Below, one piece after another: positions 42,942-51,775 of a stretch of 58,852 nucleotides of DNA. The position numbers were made by a program, and so were the translations under genes. The notes below the pieces were generated by a model. It did not search any database, was not told the origin of the DNA, and worked only from the letters and a program-made list of their open reading frames with translations. Each line of letters starts with the position of its first letter. Positions within the stretch are counted from its first letter, which is position 1. Source of the DNA: Patescibacteria group bacterium (lineage in GTDB: Bacteria > Patescibacteriota > Minisyncoccia > Phycocordibacterales > Phycocordibacteraceae). The DNA is taken from contig JAGWIS010000002.1 of assembly GCA_028866135.1 (NCBI GenBank), positions 1 to 58,852 on the forward strand. Direction: 5' to 3'.

Positions 42942-44135
42942 CTACTGTGCCAGTGACCGATTGCCATTTGCAGACAGTGTTTCGGGGTCGGCAAAATCCT
43001 TGCGTAAGGCCCGGAAATAGCCGGCGAGCGCAATCATGATGGCGTTGTCGGTCGTGAGCGCGGCGGCGGGGATGCGGAGAGTTACGTCCGGGTGTTCGCT
43101 CCCGGTCTTTATCGTAAAGACGCGGCGGATGTGAGCATTCGCGGAGACACCGCCGCCGATGACAAGCGTCTTTGCCCCCGTCTCCTCAAGAGCGCGCGAC
43201 GTCTTCTTCCAGAGCACGTCCGCGACCGCATTTTCGAATTCGTGTGCGATATGCTGTTTTTCGCTCTCGCCGATTTCTGGATGCTTTTTTAGAAGATACA
43301 GCACCGCCGTCTTGAGGCCGGCAAAAGAAAAGTCGCAGGTTGCGTCATGCATCATCGGCCTCGGCAGCGCGAACGTGGAAGCTTCGCCTTCAATTTCGCG
43401 TATTTTTTCAGCGAGGCGGGAGATTTCGGGGCCGCCGGGGTAGGGGAGGCCGAGCATGCGCGCGACTTTGTCGAACGCCTCGCCGACCGCGTCGTCGCGC
43501 GTCTGTCCGACGAGCTCATACTGAAGCCACTCTTTCATGAGGACGAGCTCCGTGTGCCCGCCGGAGATGAGGAGCGCGAGCACCGGCATCTCCACTTCAG
43601 AAATTACAAGGTCGAACCTTGTAGAAGTCGTTGCCGTTGTCGCGAGCGCGGAAATGACGTGCCCCTCCATGTGGTTCACCGCCACAAGCGGCTTGTCCCA
43701 CACGAGCGCGAGCGCCTTTGCGAAATTGATCCCCACCCAGAGCGCCGGCTCGAGCCCCGGGCCCGCCGTCACCGCAATCGCGTCTATCTCCGGCGGCTCG
43801 CATTCGGAAATGAATGCGAAGAACTGTTCCTCAAGCCCAGGCTCGCGCTCAAGAATCTTGGCAATCTTCGAGCACATCTCCTCCGGAATTGCCTGCGTGT
43901 CTTCATGCAAAAGTTCCGCTTCCTCAAGCGCCGCTTCGAGTATGGGGACGAGATTCTTCGCGTGCTCGCGCTTCGCAAGCGCGGGGAAGACGCCGCCGTA
44001 TTCCTTATGCTTCTCAATCTGTGAGAGAAGCGCGTTGCCGAGCACGCGGAAATGAGCACTCCGCTCGTCGCCCTCGGCCTCGACCACTGCGATGGCGGTT
44101 TCATCGCATGATGTCTCTACCGCTAAAATACGCAT
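42942..44135 (-). CDS. tsaD: tRNA N6-adenosine threonylcarbamoyltransferase TsaD (Kae1/Gcp family)
   Basis: ILAVETSCDETA, HMEGH, SGGHTEL and GGGVSAN motifs; 397 aa with extra internal segments. Confidence 0.92.
   Translation of the reverse strand: MRILAVETSCDETAIAVVEAEGDERSAHFRVLGNALLSQIEKHKEYGGVFPALAKREHAKNLVPILEAALEEAELLHEDTQAIPEEMCSKIAKILEREPGLEEQFFAFISECEPPEIDAIAVTAGPGLEPALWVGINFAKALALVWDKPLVAVNHMEGHVISALATTATTSTRFDLVISEVEMPVLALLISGGHTELVLMKEWLQYELVGQTRDDAVGEAFDKVARMLGLPYPGGPEISRLAEKIREIEGEASTFALPRPMMHDATCDFSFAGLKTAVLYLLKKHPEIGESEKQHIAHEFENAVADVLWKKTSRALEETGAKTLVIGGGVSANAHIRRVFTIKTGSEHPDVTLRIPAAALTTDNAIMIALAGYFRALRKDFADPETLSANGNRSLAQ
43604..43624. repeat. TTACAAGGTCGAACCTTGTAG palindrome inside the tsaD coding sequence
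   Basis: Same core as 11287-11319 and 28503-28521. Encodes ...TSTRFDLVI... between the HMEGH and SGGHTEL motifs. Confidence 0.7.
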
Positions 44136-44204
44136 ACAAGTAGTCTCGCATGCCCCGTAGCCGACCGCGTCTTCGCGGTCGTGGTACCGGGGTCGCGCGA
44201 TGTC

Positions 44205-45083
44205 TCAATGGCCAGTATGTTCATCTATTTTCTCGACGGGCTTCCACGGCACTTTTCCTCCAAGCGCGATCTTGAATCCTGCCGCCGCCGGGTGCCCGTT
44301 CCCGCCGTGTTTGCGCGCGAGCGCGGCCACGTCGACGGTCTTGTCGCTCCTCAAAGAGATGCGCAGTTCCGAGGCATCCGCCGAAACGATGATGGCTATA
44401 GGCGGTTTCGCTTGCACGAGCCGGTTCCCGATGTCGCTCACGAACTCTCCGGAGGAGCCGACGAGGAAACACTCATAGCCTTCAAACTCAACCACTTCTG
44501 CGTGACGTACGCCGTTTTCAATGACGTGCTCATGGTATTCCTGAAATATCGCGCCTTTCTGTATGATGCGTTCCCGCTCCATGGGGTCGTCTAGCTCGCG
44601 CACCGCCGCATCCCAGTGCTCGAATGCGGAATTGAGAAGGGGAGAATTGTATTCGTACGCGAGTATCGCCCGCGACTGCGGCAGAGCGAATCGGTACAGA
44701 TCGCCGTCTTCGATATACGTCAATAACGTGGGAACGGGAGTGCCGGGATGAAAATAATTCCACGCGATAACTGCGCCGGAATGATGTTCATCAAAGACGT
44801 AGTCCGGCATGCTCTCCACGACGTCTTTTATTCCCAAATGATGATCGAGCACGGTTACGGATGCCGCCTCCGCGGCGATTGCGTCCATGGTGTCTTTCGG
44901 GTAGCAGAAGTCCACGAAGTAGAGCTTTCTTCCCGCAAGACCCATCGGTGCAGGATGGCCGTGCTTGACGGGAATATATTCGGCCGCGTCGCCGAATTTC
45001 TTCCACGCGGCATACGCTCCGCCAAGCCCATCCGGGCAACCGCCGTGGTAGAGAATCGCCGTTTCTTTATGAGTCTCGTGCAT
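44205..45083 (-). CDS. DHH/DHHA1 superfamily phosphoesterase (NrnB/COG2404-like)
   Basis: LYHGGCPDG, LDHH, and the DHHA1 motif GGNGHPAAAGF. Confidence 0.8.
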   Translation of the reverse strand: MHETHKETAILYHGGCPDGLGGAYAAWKKFGDAAEYIPVKHGHPAPMGLAGRKLYFVDFCYPKDTMDAIAAEAASVTVLDHHLGIKDVVESMPDYVFDEHHSGAVIAWNYFHPGTPVPTLLTYIEDGDLYRFALPQSRAILAYEYNSPLLNSAFEHWDAAVRELDDPMERERIIQKGAIFQEYHEHVIENGVRHAEVVEFEGYECFLVGSSGEFVSDIGNRLVQAKPPIAIIVSADASELRISLRSDKTVDVAALARKHGGNGHPAAAGFKIALGGKVPWKPVEKIDEHTGH

Positions 45084-45275
45084 TAGGATTCAGTGTACCC
45101 CGTAGTGAAGCAAAGCTCTACTACAGGACGTACCGCCTAGCGTACAAACCCGGCAGTACAACTTGGCATTGCGTAGTGTTCTAGGAAAACCAGTCGAGAG
45201 AAACACAGAGCTGTATATTGAGAATGTCGTCTGCGAGAGGTAAGTGTGATCGCGATGAACTATGCCAAGTTGTCC

Positions 45276-46241
45276 TCACCGGGCAAAGCGCACGTAGATG
45301 CCGGCGGGGACGACGCGCTCAGAGGCGGATTCACGTATGAGAAGCTCGCCGCACTCGCCGCCAATTTCTCCAAAAGCGCTCTCGACCGCCTGCGCGAATG
45401 AGCGCGGCGCGTATCCGGCGGCGTAGCCGTTGAGGAGGAAGAACGATCCGGATTTCTCCGACAGAAGTTCTTTGAGCGAGGCGAGGAGCGCAGGCAGATT
45501 TTCTTCAATCTTCCACACTTCGCCTTTGGCACCGCGGCCGAAGGCCGGCGGGTCGAGGATGATGCCGTCATATTTCGCACCGCGCCGCGCTTCGCGCTTC
45601 GCAAATGCAAGCGCATCGTCGAGCATCCAGCGGATGCGGCCCTCGGGAATCTCTGAAAGCCGCGCGTTCTCGTGCGCCCAGTCGAGAGACTGCTTTGATG
45701 CGTCTACGTGCGTGACGAATGCGCCCGCGTGCCCAGCCGCGAGCGATGCGACGCCCGTATACCCAAATAAATTCAGCACCTGCGGCATGTGGGACATACT
45801 ATGTCCCACATCGGACGCGGGATGCACGATGTCCCGGCACCGTTCGGAAAGCCACTGCCAGTTCGGCGCCTGCTCGGGAAAGAGTCCTGTGTGCTTGAAG
45901 CCGGTGAGCCGCACGAGGAGTCGGACTGCATTCCACGAAATCTGCCATGATTCCCCATCACGACCAGCAAAACTGGTCGTGGGGCGAGCGCCAGCAACTG
46001 GTGCTTTAGCCGGCACGGATTTCTTTACGTGCCATTCACCTTTCTTTTCATGGAATGCGAATTCCGCGTGCGCCGTTTTCCACAATTCCGGACGCAGCTT
46101 GCTCCACAGCGCTTGCGTTTCCGGCCGAGCGACGACGACGTCGCCGAAACGCTCAAGCTTCATCCCATCGCCTGAGTCGAGGAGTTCATAATCGCCCCAC
46201 GGTTGAGTGTGTAAATGTTGGTCGTATTGCATACCCGTCAC
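45276..46241 (-). CDS. Class I SAM-dependent rRNA methyltransferase (RlmI/RlmK-like)
   Basis: VLNLFGYTGVASL motif I, VDAS, and IILDPPAFGRG motif IV. Confidence 0.82.
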   Translation of the reverse strand: MTGMQYDQHLHTQPWGDYELLDSGDGMKLERFGDVVVARPETQALWSKLRPELWKTAHAEFAFHEKKGEWHVKKSVPAKAPVAGARPTTSFAGRDGESWQISWNAVRLLVRLTGFKHTGLFPEQAPNWQWLSERCRDIVHPASDVGHSMSHMPQVLNLFGYTGVASLAAGHAGAFVTHVDASKQSLDWAHENARLSEIPEGRIRWMLDDALAFAKREARRGAKYDGIILDPPAFGRGAKGEVWKIEENLPALLASLKELLSEKSGSFFLLNGYAAGYAPRSFAQAVESAFGEIGGECGELLIRESASERVVPAGIYVRFAR

Positions 46242-46379
46242 ACTAAAAAGCGTCGTTCGTCCTCTCGCTTATAAATTCTTTCCCACCATGGAACCGATGC
46301 GCCGTTTCCAGACTTTCCATACAGCGTCCGCCACACTGCCGGAGCAGTGAGTCGGATAACGCCTTTTTAGTGTGTCGGG

Positions 46380-47159
46380 TCATAACGCTTCCGGGTGTTT
46401 CTTCGACCATTCGTAAAAGACGACTGACGCGGAGACGGCGGCGTTGAGGGACTCGGTCCGCTTGTGTATGGGGATGGAGAGCGTAACGTCGCATGCTTCA
46501 AGCGTCTTCTCCCGTATGCCCGCGCCTTCGTTTCCGACGACAAACGCGCTCGGCGCGTCAAAGACGTCGGTGCCGAGCGCGGTCGTCCCATCCATCGCGA
46601 GGCCGTAGACCCAGAATCCTTTCTCTTTGAGCACTTTGAGCGCGTGGTTCACATTGCCTATCGTGACGAGCGGAATGCGGAACGTCATGCCGGCGGAGCT
46701 CTTTACGACCGCGCCTGTAAGGCCCGCCTGATTGTGCTCGGGGATGAGCACGGCTGAGAGTCCAAATGCTGCGGCTGAGCGAATGATGGCGCCCACGTTG
46801 TGCGGATCCTGTACTTCACTGAGCACGGCGACGGCCGGATTCTTCAAAGTATCAAGCGTCTTCAAGAAAGCGTCGAATGATATAAGCAGGGCAGAGGGGT
46901 CGATGGTAAATATGACGCCCTGATGCGCCGCCTCCTTTCCCACAAGCTCTTTGCCTTTGCCGGATGCGAGCGGCGCAGTCGGAATCTTGTGCTTTTCAAG
47001 AAGGACGCGCAATTCCGCATCCCGCAAGTCAGCCGCCAAGTGCACTTTCCGGATGATGTGCGGCGTATTCATAAGCGCTTCTTTGAGCGCGTGTTTTCCG
47101 TAGACGAACACTTTCCCTTGGGAAGATTTCTTTTCGCGCTTTTGTCCGTATGTTCTCAT
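46380..47159 (-). CDS. rlmB: SpoU/TrmH family RNA 2'-O-methyltransferase (RlmB-like)
   Basis: VQDPHNVGAIIRSA, FVVGNEGAGI and LSIPIHKRTESLNAAVS motifs with an N-terminal substrate-binding domain. Confidence 0.88.
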   Translation of the reverse strand: MRTYGQKREKKSSQGKVFVYGKHALKEALMNTPHIIRKVHLAADLRDAELRVLLEKHKIPTAPLASGKGKELVGKEAAHQGVIFTIDPSALLISFDAFLKTLDTLKNPAVAVLSEVQDPHNVGAIIRSAAAFGLSAVLIPEHNQAGLTGAVVKSSAGMTFRIPLVTIGNVNHALKVLKEKGFWVYGLAMDGTTALGTDVFDAPSAFVVGNEGAGIREKTLEACDVTLSIPIHKRTESLNAAVSASVVFYEWSKKHPEAL

Positions 47160-47180
47160 CTAGATTAAGTTTTATTTCGG

Positions 47181-47254
47181 TGGGCGGTACAGGGATCGAA
47201 CCTGTGAACCTTCCCGACGTCAACGGGACGCTCTACCAACTGAGCTAACCGCCC
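47181..47254 (-). tRNA. tRNA-Val (anticodon GAC)
   Basis: The reverse complement reads GGGCGGUUAGCUCAGUUGGUAGAGCG-UCCCG-UUGACGU-CGGGA...GGUUCGAUCCCUGUACCGCCCA. Confidence 0.9.
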
Positions 47255-47416
47255 GAACGAGCTTCAAAATCCTGCACGACGCTATCACGGAAGCCATGTG
47301 CAATATACATGAGACGTCGCTGTATTTCCACCTTCCCGCACGTTATGAGACACGCTCCTTTATACTGCGGATAGGAAAACGCCGTGCCAGTACAGTTCTG
47401 ACATAGTAAAATAAAA

Positions 47417-47445
47417 TAAAAGGCAGCCCAATGGGCTGCCTTTTC
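47417..47445 (+). terminator. Hairpin plus T-run about 20 nt upstream of the next ORF start (orphan terminator or attenuator)
   Basis: AAAA-GGCAGCCC-AAT-GGGCTGCC-TTTT. Confidence 0.5.
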
Positions 47446-47466
47446 TAATCCGGGGAGCGTGAGGGC

Positions 47467-48618
47467 ATGTTCCACCTTCTGACCGGATGCGATACAGTGA
47501 AAGGGACACTTATTATTCATTTCGCAACGCGCATGACGTTCAACACACATTTACGTTCGAAAACGGTTTCGATTGAAACAGGAGAGAGGCATATTGAGTA
47601 TGAAGAAATGAAAGATACAACCGGCTTCACAATCGTGTATGATCCGCAGTCGAACGGCGAAGTCGTCATGCGCGCGCGTGCCGAAGCCGAGCCAGCGCTC
47701 GAAATCATCTTCGCCAAGACATCGGTCGACGAGGCGCATATTCTCTATATGGAAGTGACAGAGCTTTTGCGTTCACGCGCCAAGGTCGGTCAGACTCACG
47801 AGCAGATTCGCGCAGCCATCGCAAAGCTTTTCGGTATATTCCGTGGTGAGAAACCGTCGATTGAAGTGGCTTCCGTCGTCAAGCCGGCGCAGATGCCGGG
47901 CGATTACGCACCGAATCCTGGCAAGGAGCTTGCGATTGATGTCGACGGCGTCACTTACCTGCGTTTGCCAATCAAGACGCGCATTATCACGATGCAGGAC
48001 ACCGACATACTCCCGCTTGTCGACGAGTACGTGCGACCGCATCTGCAGGAAGGAGATATCATATTTGTAAGCGAAAAGGCGCTCACGATTACACAGGGCA
48101 GAATCGTCGACATGAGCGATATCAAGCCGACGCGGTTCGCCCGCTTCCTCGCGCGCAATGTGGGGAACTACTACGGCACGGCCGACTTTCACGGCTTCGG
48201 ACACGGCACCGACCTGGCAATGCAGCTCTTCCTTGAGGAGGCGGGATATCCGCGCGTGCTCTTTGCGGCGGCAGTCTCGGCGATTACGCGGCCGCTCGGC
48301 GTCCGCGGTCTTTTCTATCGAATCTGCGGCCTGCGAGCCAAGTCGATAGATTGTCCAATGTCATTTCTCATCCTTGAGTACGCGCATTCGGCGAAGCTCG
48401 CTCCAAACGACCCCGATGGTGCGGCGCGCAAGATACGCGAGCTTCTCGGGCACGAAACCGTCATACTCGATGCCAATTATCGTGGCGCTTTCTCGCTCGG
48501 CAAATCGACGAGCGCGATCTCGGAATCATTCGTCGGCAAGCTGTTCCGTGACAACCCGCTTGGCCAGTCTGACGAGATGACGCCGTTCTGTATCGTTCGG
48601 AGGGGTGTTTCGGTCTGA
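47467..48618 (+). CDS. Protein with a C-terminal F420-0:gamma-glutamyl ligase (CofE)-like domain and an unassigned ~150-aa N-terminal region
   Basis: The segment LRLPIKTRIIT..D.DILPLV......L.EGDIIFVSEKALTITQGR resembles CofE-family proteins. The start is uncertain. Confidence 0.55.
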   Translation: MFHLLTGCDTVKGTLIIHFATRMTFNTHLRSKTVSIETGERHIEYEEMKDTTGFTIVYDPQSNGEVVMRARAEAEPALEIIFAKTSVDEAHILYMEVTELLRSRAKVGQTHEQIRAAIAKLFGIFRGEKPSIEVASVVKPAQMPGDYAPNPGKELAIDVDGVTYLRLPIKTRIITMQDTDILPLVDEYVRPHLQEGDIIFVSEKALTITQGRIVDMSDIKPTRFARFLARNVGNYYGTADFHGFGHGTDLAMQLFLEEAGYPRVLFAAAVSAITRPLGVRGLFYRICGLRAKSIDCPMSFLILEYAHSAKLAPNDPDGAARKIRELLGHETVILDANYRGAFSLGKSTSAISESFVGKLFRDNPLGQSDEMTPFCIVRRGVSV

Positions 48619-48837
48619 AGGATACGGCGGCTTGACGCCATATCCGCAATGGGCACTTCTCTCGCTCTTTTTTGAAGAGACTCATCCTGGAGAAAGCAGA
48701 CGATTTGCAGGCTCGCCGGGCGCTGGTGAGCTTGTTTTTCGAGGAGACACCTACCTACCTCGAGTTAGTTAATGGAACAGCGAAATTACAGCCCCTCTTC
48801 AGGCTTTCTGAGGAATTCAAACGTGATAAAACCCAAT

Positions 48838-48912
48838 TGGTGACCCCACGGGGAATCGAACCCCGATTTACGCCGTGAAAGGGCGCTGTCCTAACCGTTA
48901 GACGATGGGGCC
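48838..48912 (-). tRNA. tRNA-Glu (anticodon UUC), CCA encoded
   Basis: The reverse complement reads GGCCCCAUCGUCUAACGGUUAGGACA-GCGCC-CUUUCAC-GGCGU...CGGGGUUCGAUUCCCCGUGGGGUCACCA. Confidence 0.9.
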
Positions 48913-48968
48913 GCACGTACTCAGGAATCCTAGCATTTTCATGCTCAAATGCTAGAATCGCGGGACAC

Positions 48969-49056
48969 GGAGGGGTCGCATAGAGGTCTAGTGCAGTGGT
49001 TTCGAAAACCACCGTGGCGCAAGCCACCGCGAGTTCGAATCTCGCCCCCTCCGCCA
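48969..49056 (+). tRNA. tRNA-Ser (anticodon CGA), CCA encoded
   Basis: Acceptor GGAGGGG/CCCCUCC, anticodon arm GUGGU-UUCGAAA-ACCAC, long variable arm, T-arm GCGAG-UUCGAAU-CUCGC. Confidence 0.9.
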
Positions 49057-49250
49057 AGGATACTTTTTATCGGGATGACCCGAGTTCCTCGATGCTTTGG
49101 CGCTGTGAATGTAATAAGATAGGATTGACGTGCTATGGCTCAAAAGAAAATTCAAAAAGAAATTTACAATTTTCTTTCCAATGCGGAGTATCATCTCGCA
49201 GCAGCATTGAGAGTCGAAGTGATACGAGACAATCCGCAGTCGACGCGGCG

Positions 49251-49973
49251 TTAGCGGATCGGCGTCCAGTCGTCGGCGACGGCTTTGTCGAAGAGCGTGA
49301 CGCTGATTGTGTTTACGATCCAGATATACCAGAGGCGCGCCCAGCCGAGCTTATGCGCGCGCCGCGCGCCGTGATAGATCATGAGCGTGGGATCGAAGAC
49401 GGTGCGGCCGACTTTCGAGAGGCGACAGAAGAAGTCGCCATCCTCGCGCGTGACGAGGTCTTCGCGGAAGCCGCCGACTTTGTCGAATGCGGCGCGCGAG
49501 ACGAGCATGAATTTCCCGGACGCTTCGCCGCGCCCGAGCACGTTATTTTGGAAACGGATGACGGCATTGAGGTAGCCAAAGGAGAGCCGGTCGGCCCAGG
49601 TCTCGATAGCGGGCGCGGCGCGCTGCGGCCCCGTGACGCCGACTACCGTCGGATCTTCTTCAAAGTGTTTAAACGCGCGTTCGAAAAACGCGTGGGGCTC
49701 GGGTATCTCGGTATCGGCATCAACGAATGCCAGGTATTCACCGTGAGCGACTTTCGCGCCGTCGTTTCTGCCGATGCCGGCCGTGTGTTTGGTACCGTCG
49801 AACACGACGACGACGTGCGCGGCCTCTCGTGCAACGGCGACCGTGCGATCTTTGCTTCGTGCGTCGGAGACGATGGTCTCATGGTGGATGAGAAGCTTGT
49901 CTTTGAACTGCGCAAGCGTCTTCGCAATCGCTTTTTCTTCCTCGCGCGCAGGGATGATGATGGAGAGTTTCAT
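49251..49973 (-). CDS. Family 2 glycosyltransferase
   Basis: LSIIIPAREEE, the acidic motif FVDADT, and a GGF..R motif. Confidence 0.88.
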   Translation of the reverse strand: MKLSIIIPAREEEKAIAKTLAQFKDKLLIHHETIVSDARSKDRTVAVAREAAHVVVVFDGTKHTAGIGRNDGAKVAHGEYLAFVDADTEIPEPHAFFERAFKHFEEDPTVVGVTGPQRAAPAIETWADRLSFGYLNAVIRFQNNVLGRGEASGKFMLVSRAAFDKVGGFREDLVTREDGDFFCRLSKVGRTVFDPTLMIYHGARRAHKLGWARLWYIWIVNTISVTLFDKAVADDWTPIR

Positions 49974-50162
49974 AGGAATCTATCTCAAAAATAATGGCGT
50001 TGCGAGACTCGCCCCGCGCGAGCGAGGTACCGCGGCGCAGGACGAGGCGTGCCTGAAGCACGTCGAGGCCGAGCCGTTCGGTTCCGCAGCCGTGCGGGGC
50101 GAGTCGCAGTAGCCAAGTTTCGTAGAGTATTTCATAAACGGTTATTTTTGAGATAGATTCAC

Positions 50163-50747
50163 TTACCAATCGACTTCTTTAAGCTTGCGATTCACCCAGC
50201 GCAGCCCGAAGAAGAAGAGGAACGGCACTGCGATTGCGACCGCTATCTGAAGGTCCTTCGGAATCAAATGCAGCACATCACCGAAGTAGTACCCGATGCC
50301 CATCAAGAAGAGTATCCATACGATGCCTCCCAGGAAATTGATGGTGGCAAAGCGCGCAAACGGCACGCGCATCATGCCCGCCACGATGAGCACCGGCACC
50401 GCGAGCCCGAGGCCCATGGTGAGTTTTGAAATGATGAGGATCTTCGTGTGGTAGTGATTAAAGCGCCGTTCGACTTTCTCGATTACGTCTGGCGTCGCGC
50501 CGAAGAAGTGGCCCCAGCGGTCGAAGAATGAGCGTGCAGCGAAGTGGCCGATCACATACCACATGACATCCGCGAGGAAATCACCGGCCATGAGCGCGAG
50601 GTATGCGGGCCAGAATTCGACGGTGCCGATGTGCCAGAGAAGGCCGGTCGTCATCATGACCGCCGAGCCCTCGAAGAAGGATCCGAGGAAGATGAGGACG
50701 TATTTCGATTGCTCTACAAGCGCGAGCAGGGGAGAGAGGATGTCCAT
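50163..50747 (-). CDS. DedA family membrane protein
   Basis: FLGSFFEGSAVMMTTG, a GHFAARSFFDRWG-like segment, and ARF...N..GG..W. Confidence 0.85.
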   Translation of the reverse strand: MDILSPLLALVEQSKYVLIFLGSFFEGSAVMMTTGLLWHIGTVEFWPAYLALMAGDFLADVMWYVIGHFAARSFFDRWGHFFGATPDVIEKVERRFNHYHTKILIISKLTMGLGLAVPVLIVAGMMRVPFARFATINFLGGIVWILFLMGIGYYFGDVLHLIPKDLQIAVAIAVPFLFFFGLRWVNRKLKEVDW

Positions 50748-50788
50748 AATGGGGAAGTAGGGACAGTATAAACTACGCGGCGCACGTC

Positions 50789-51702
50789 TGTATAAAGTTC
50801 AATAGCTTGGAATCGCTTTGAGCATTTCTGACGGTGTTTTGCAGTCAATGCCCATGTGCGGACGTTCGGTGTTGTACCAGTCGCAGAAGACGGGGATATC
50901 CTTCGCCTCGGCAAAGCACAACCCCTCCTTCGGCATCTCCTCCTGCAAGGTGCGGTTGAATCGTTCGAGATGCCCGTTCTCGTTCGGCGAGCGCGGATGA
51001 TTGTGCCGATGTGCAATACCCCGGCGGTTTAGATGATCGGTGAACCAGAGTTTGAATTCCGGACCGTTGTCAGTCTGGATCGTTTCGATACGGAACGAGA
51101 AATACCGCCGTGTTTTGTCGAAGAAGCGAGTCGACGCGACCGCGTTCGCCGCGTCGCTCGCCATCGCGTACCCGGTACGGGAATACACGTCGAGCGCGGT
51201 GTACACGTACCGCTTGATGCCGTCGGTGCCGAAAAAGTGAATGGTATCCATCTCAACCAGGGCTCCCGGATGGTCGGCGTCAGGCCGCGATGCGTACGTC
51301 CGCGTCCTCGCCCAGGCGCTCTTCCGCTTCAAGGGCGCGCAGTATGTGCCGATGATTCGCTTCACGCTTGAGAGCGAGACCGTCACGCTTTCTCGTTTCA
51401 AGAGCGCGTGCACCACGATGGCGCAGCGGCGTACCTCCAGGCGTTTGGCGATCACGTGGGCGACGAGCTCGGGAGGAAGCGCCCGAGGCGAGGTCTTCGG
51501 TATGGGCGGCTCGTTCTCGACGTGTTTCCGGCGACTCCATTTCACCACCGCGCTCTGTGTGTATCCCAAATGCCGGGCGACCTTGCGGGTCGACCATCCT
51601 TGCGCAAGCAACTCGCGGGCGCGTCGTCTGACTTCGGGAAGCTTGGGGTTCGTGGTGTATGCCATATGCCTTGGGGTGATTCCAAGGTATTGAACCATTA
51701 CG
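50789..51702 (-). mobile_element. Compact IS481-family insertion sequence (914 bp) with terminal inverted repeats and a 5-bp target-site duplication
   Basis: The left end TGTATAAAGTTCAATAGCTTGGAATCGC and the reverse complement of the right end CGTAATGGTTCAATACCTTGGAATCACC share a 20-nt block, GTTCAATASCTTGGAATCRC, with 2 mismatches. ACGTC occurs at 50784-50788 and 51703-51707. Confidence 0.75.
50799..51665 (-). CDS. IS481-family DDE transposase (HTH plus rve integrase core)
   Basis: HTH (GWSTRKVARHLGYTQSAVVKW), DDE core (VEMDT..., IQTDNGPEF, NGHLERFNRTLQEE). Start at MAYTT, inside the inverted repeat. The stop lies within the other repeat. Confidence 0.85.
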   Translation of the reverse strand: MAYTTNPKLPEVRRRARELLAQGWSTRKVARHLGYTQSAVVKWSRRKHVENEPPIPKTSPRALPPELVAHVIAKRLEVRRCAIVVHALLKRESVTVSLSSVKRIIGTYCAPLKRKSAWARTRTYASRPDADHPGALVEMDTIHFFGTDGIKRYVYTALDVYSRTGYAMASDAANAVASTRFFDKTRRYFSFRIETIQTDNGPEFKLWFTDHLNRRGIAHRHNHPRSPNENGHLERFNRTLQEEMPKEGLCFAEAKDIPVFCDWYNTERPHMGIDCKTPSEMLKAIPSY

Positions 51703-51775
51703 ACGTCTTGACAATTGTCCACTGCATAGTGTAGAGTATTCGAGGGTAACTCAATCTTTGAAAAGGAGGTGGGCC

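Noticed and set aside
44153-44192. CCCCGTAG-initiated hairpin between the DHH gene and tsaD (and a similar one at 45097-45128) as members of the GIY-YIG element family
   Set aside because: Only the first 6-8 nt resemble the element termini. They contain no ORF and have no shared interior. They are more simply explained as gene-end hairpins, so the similarity was recorded but not claimed.
45158-45273. Perfect 12-nt inverted repeat (ACAACTTGGCAT / ATGCCAAGTTGT) closing a 116-nt segment; considered as SRP RNA or another ncRNA
   Set aside because: It has no SRP domain IV motif (GGAA tetraloop with flanking AGCA/GNAR) and no other Rfam-like signature I can recognise. It lies between a gene end and a promoter region. 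It is noted only as an unexplained hairpin.
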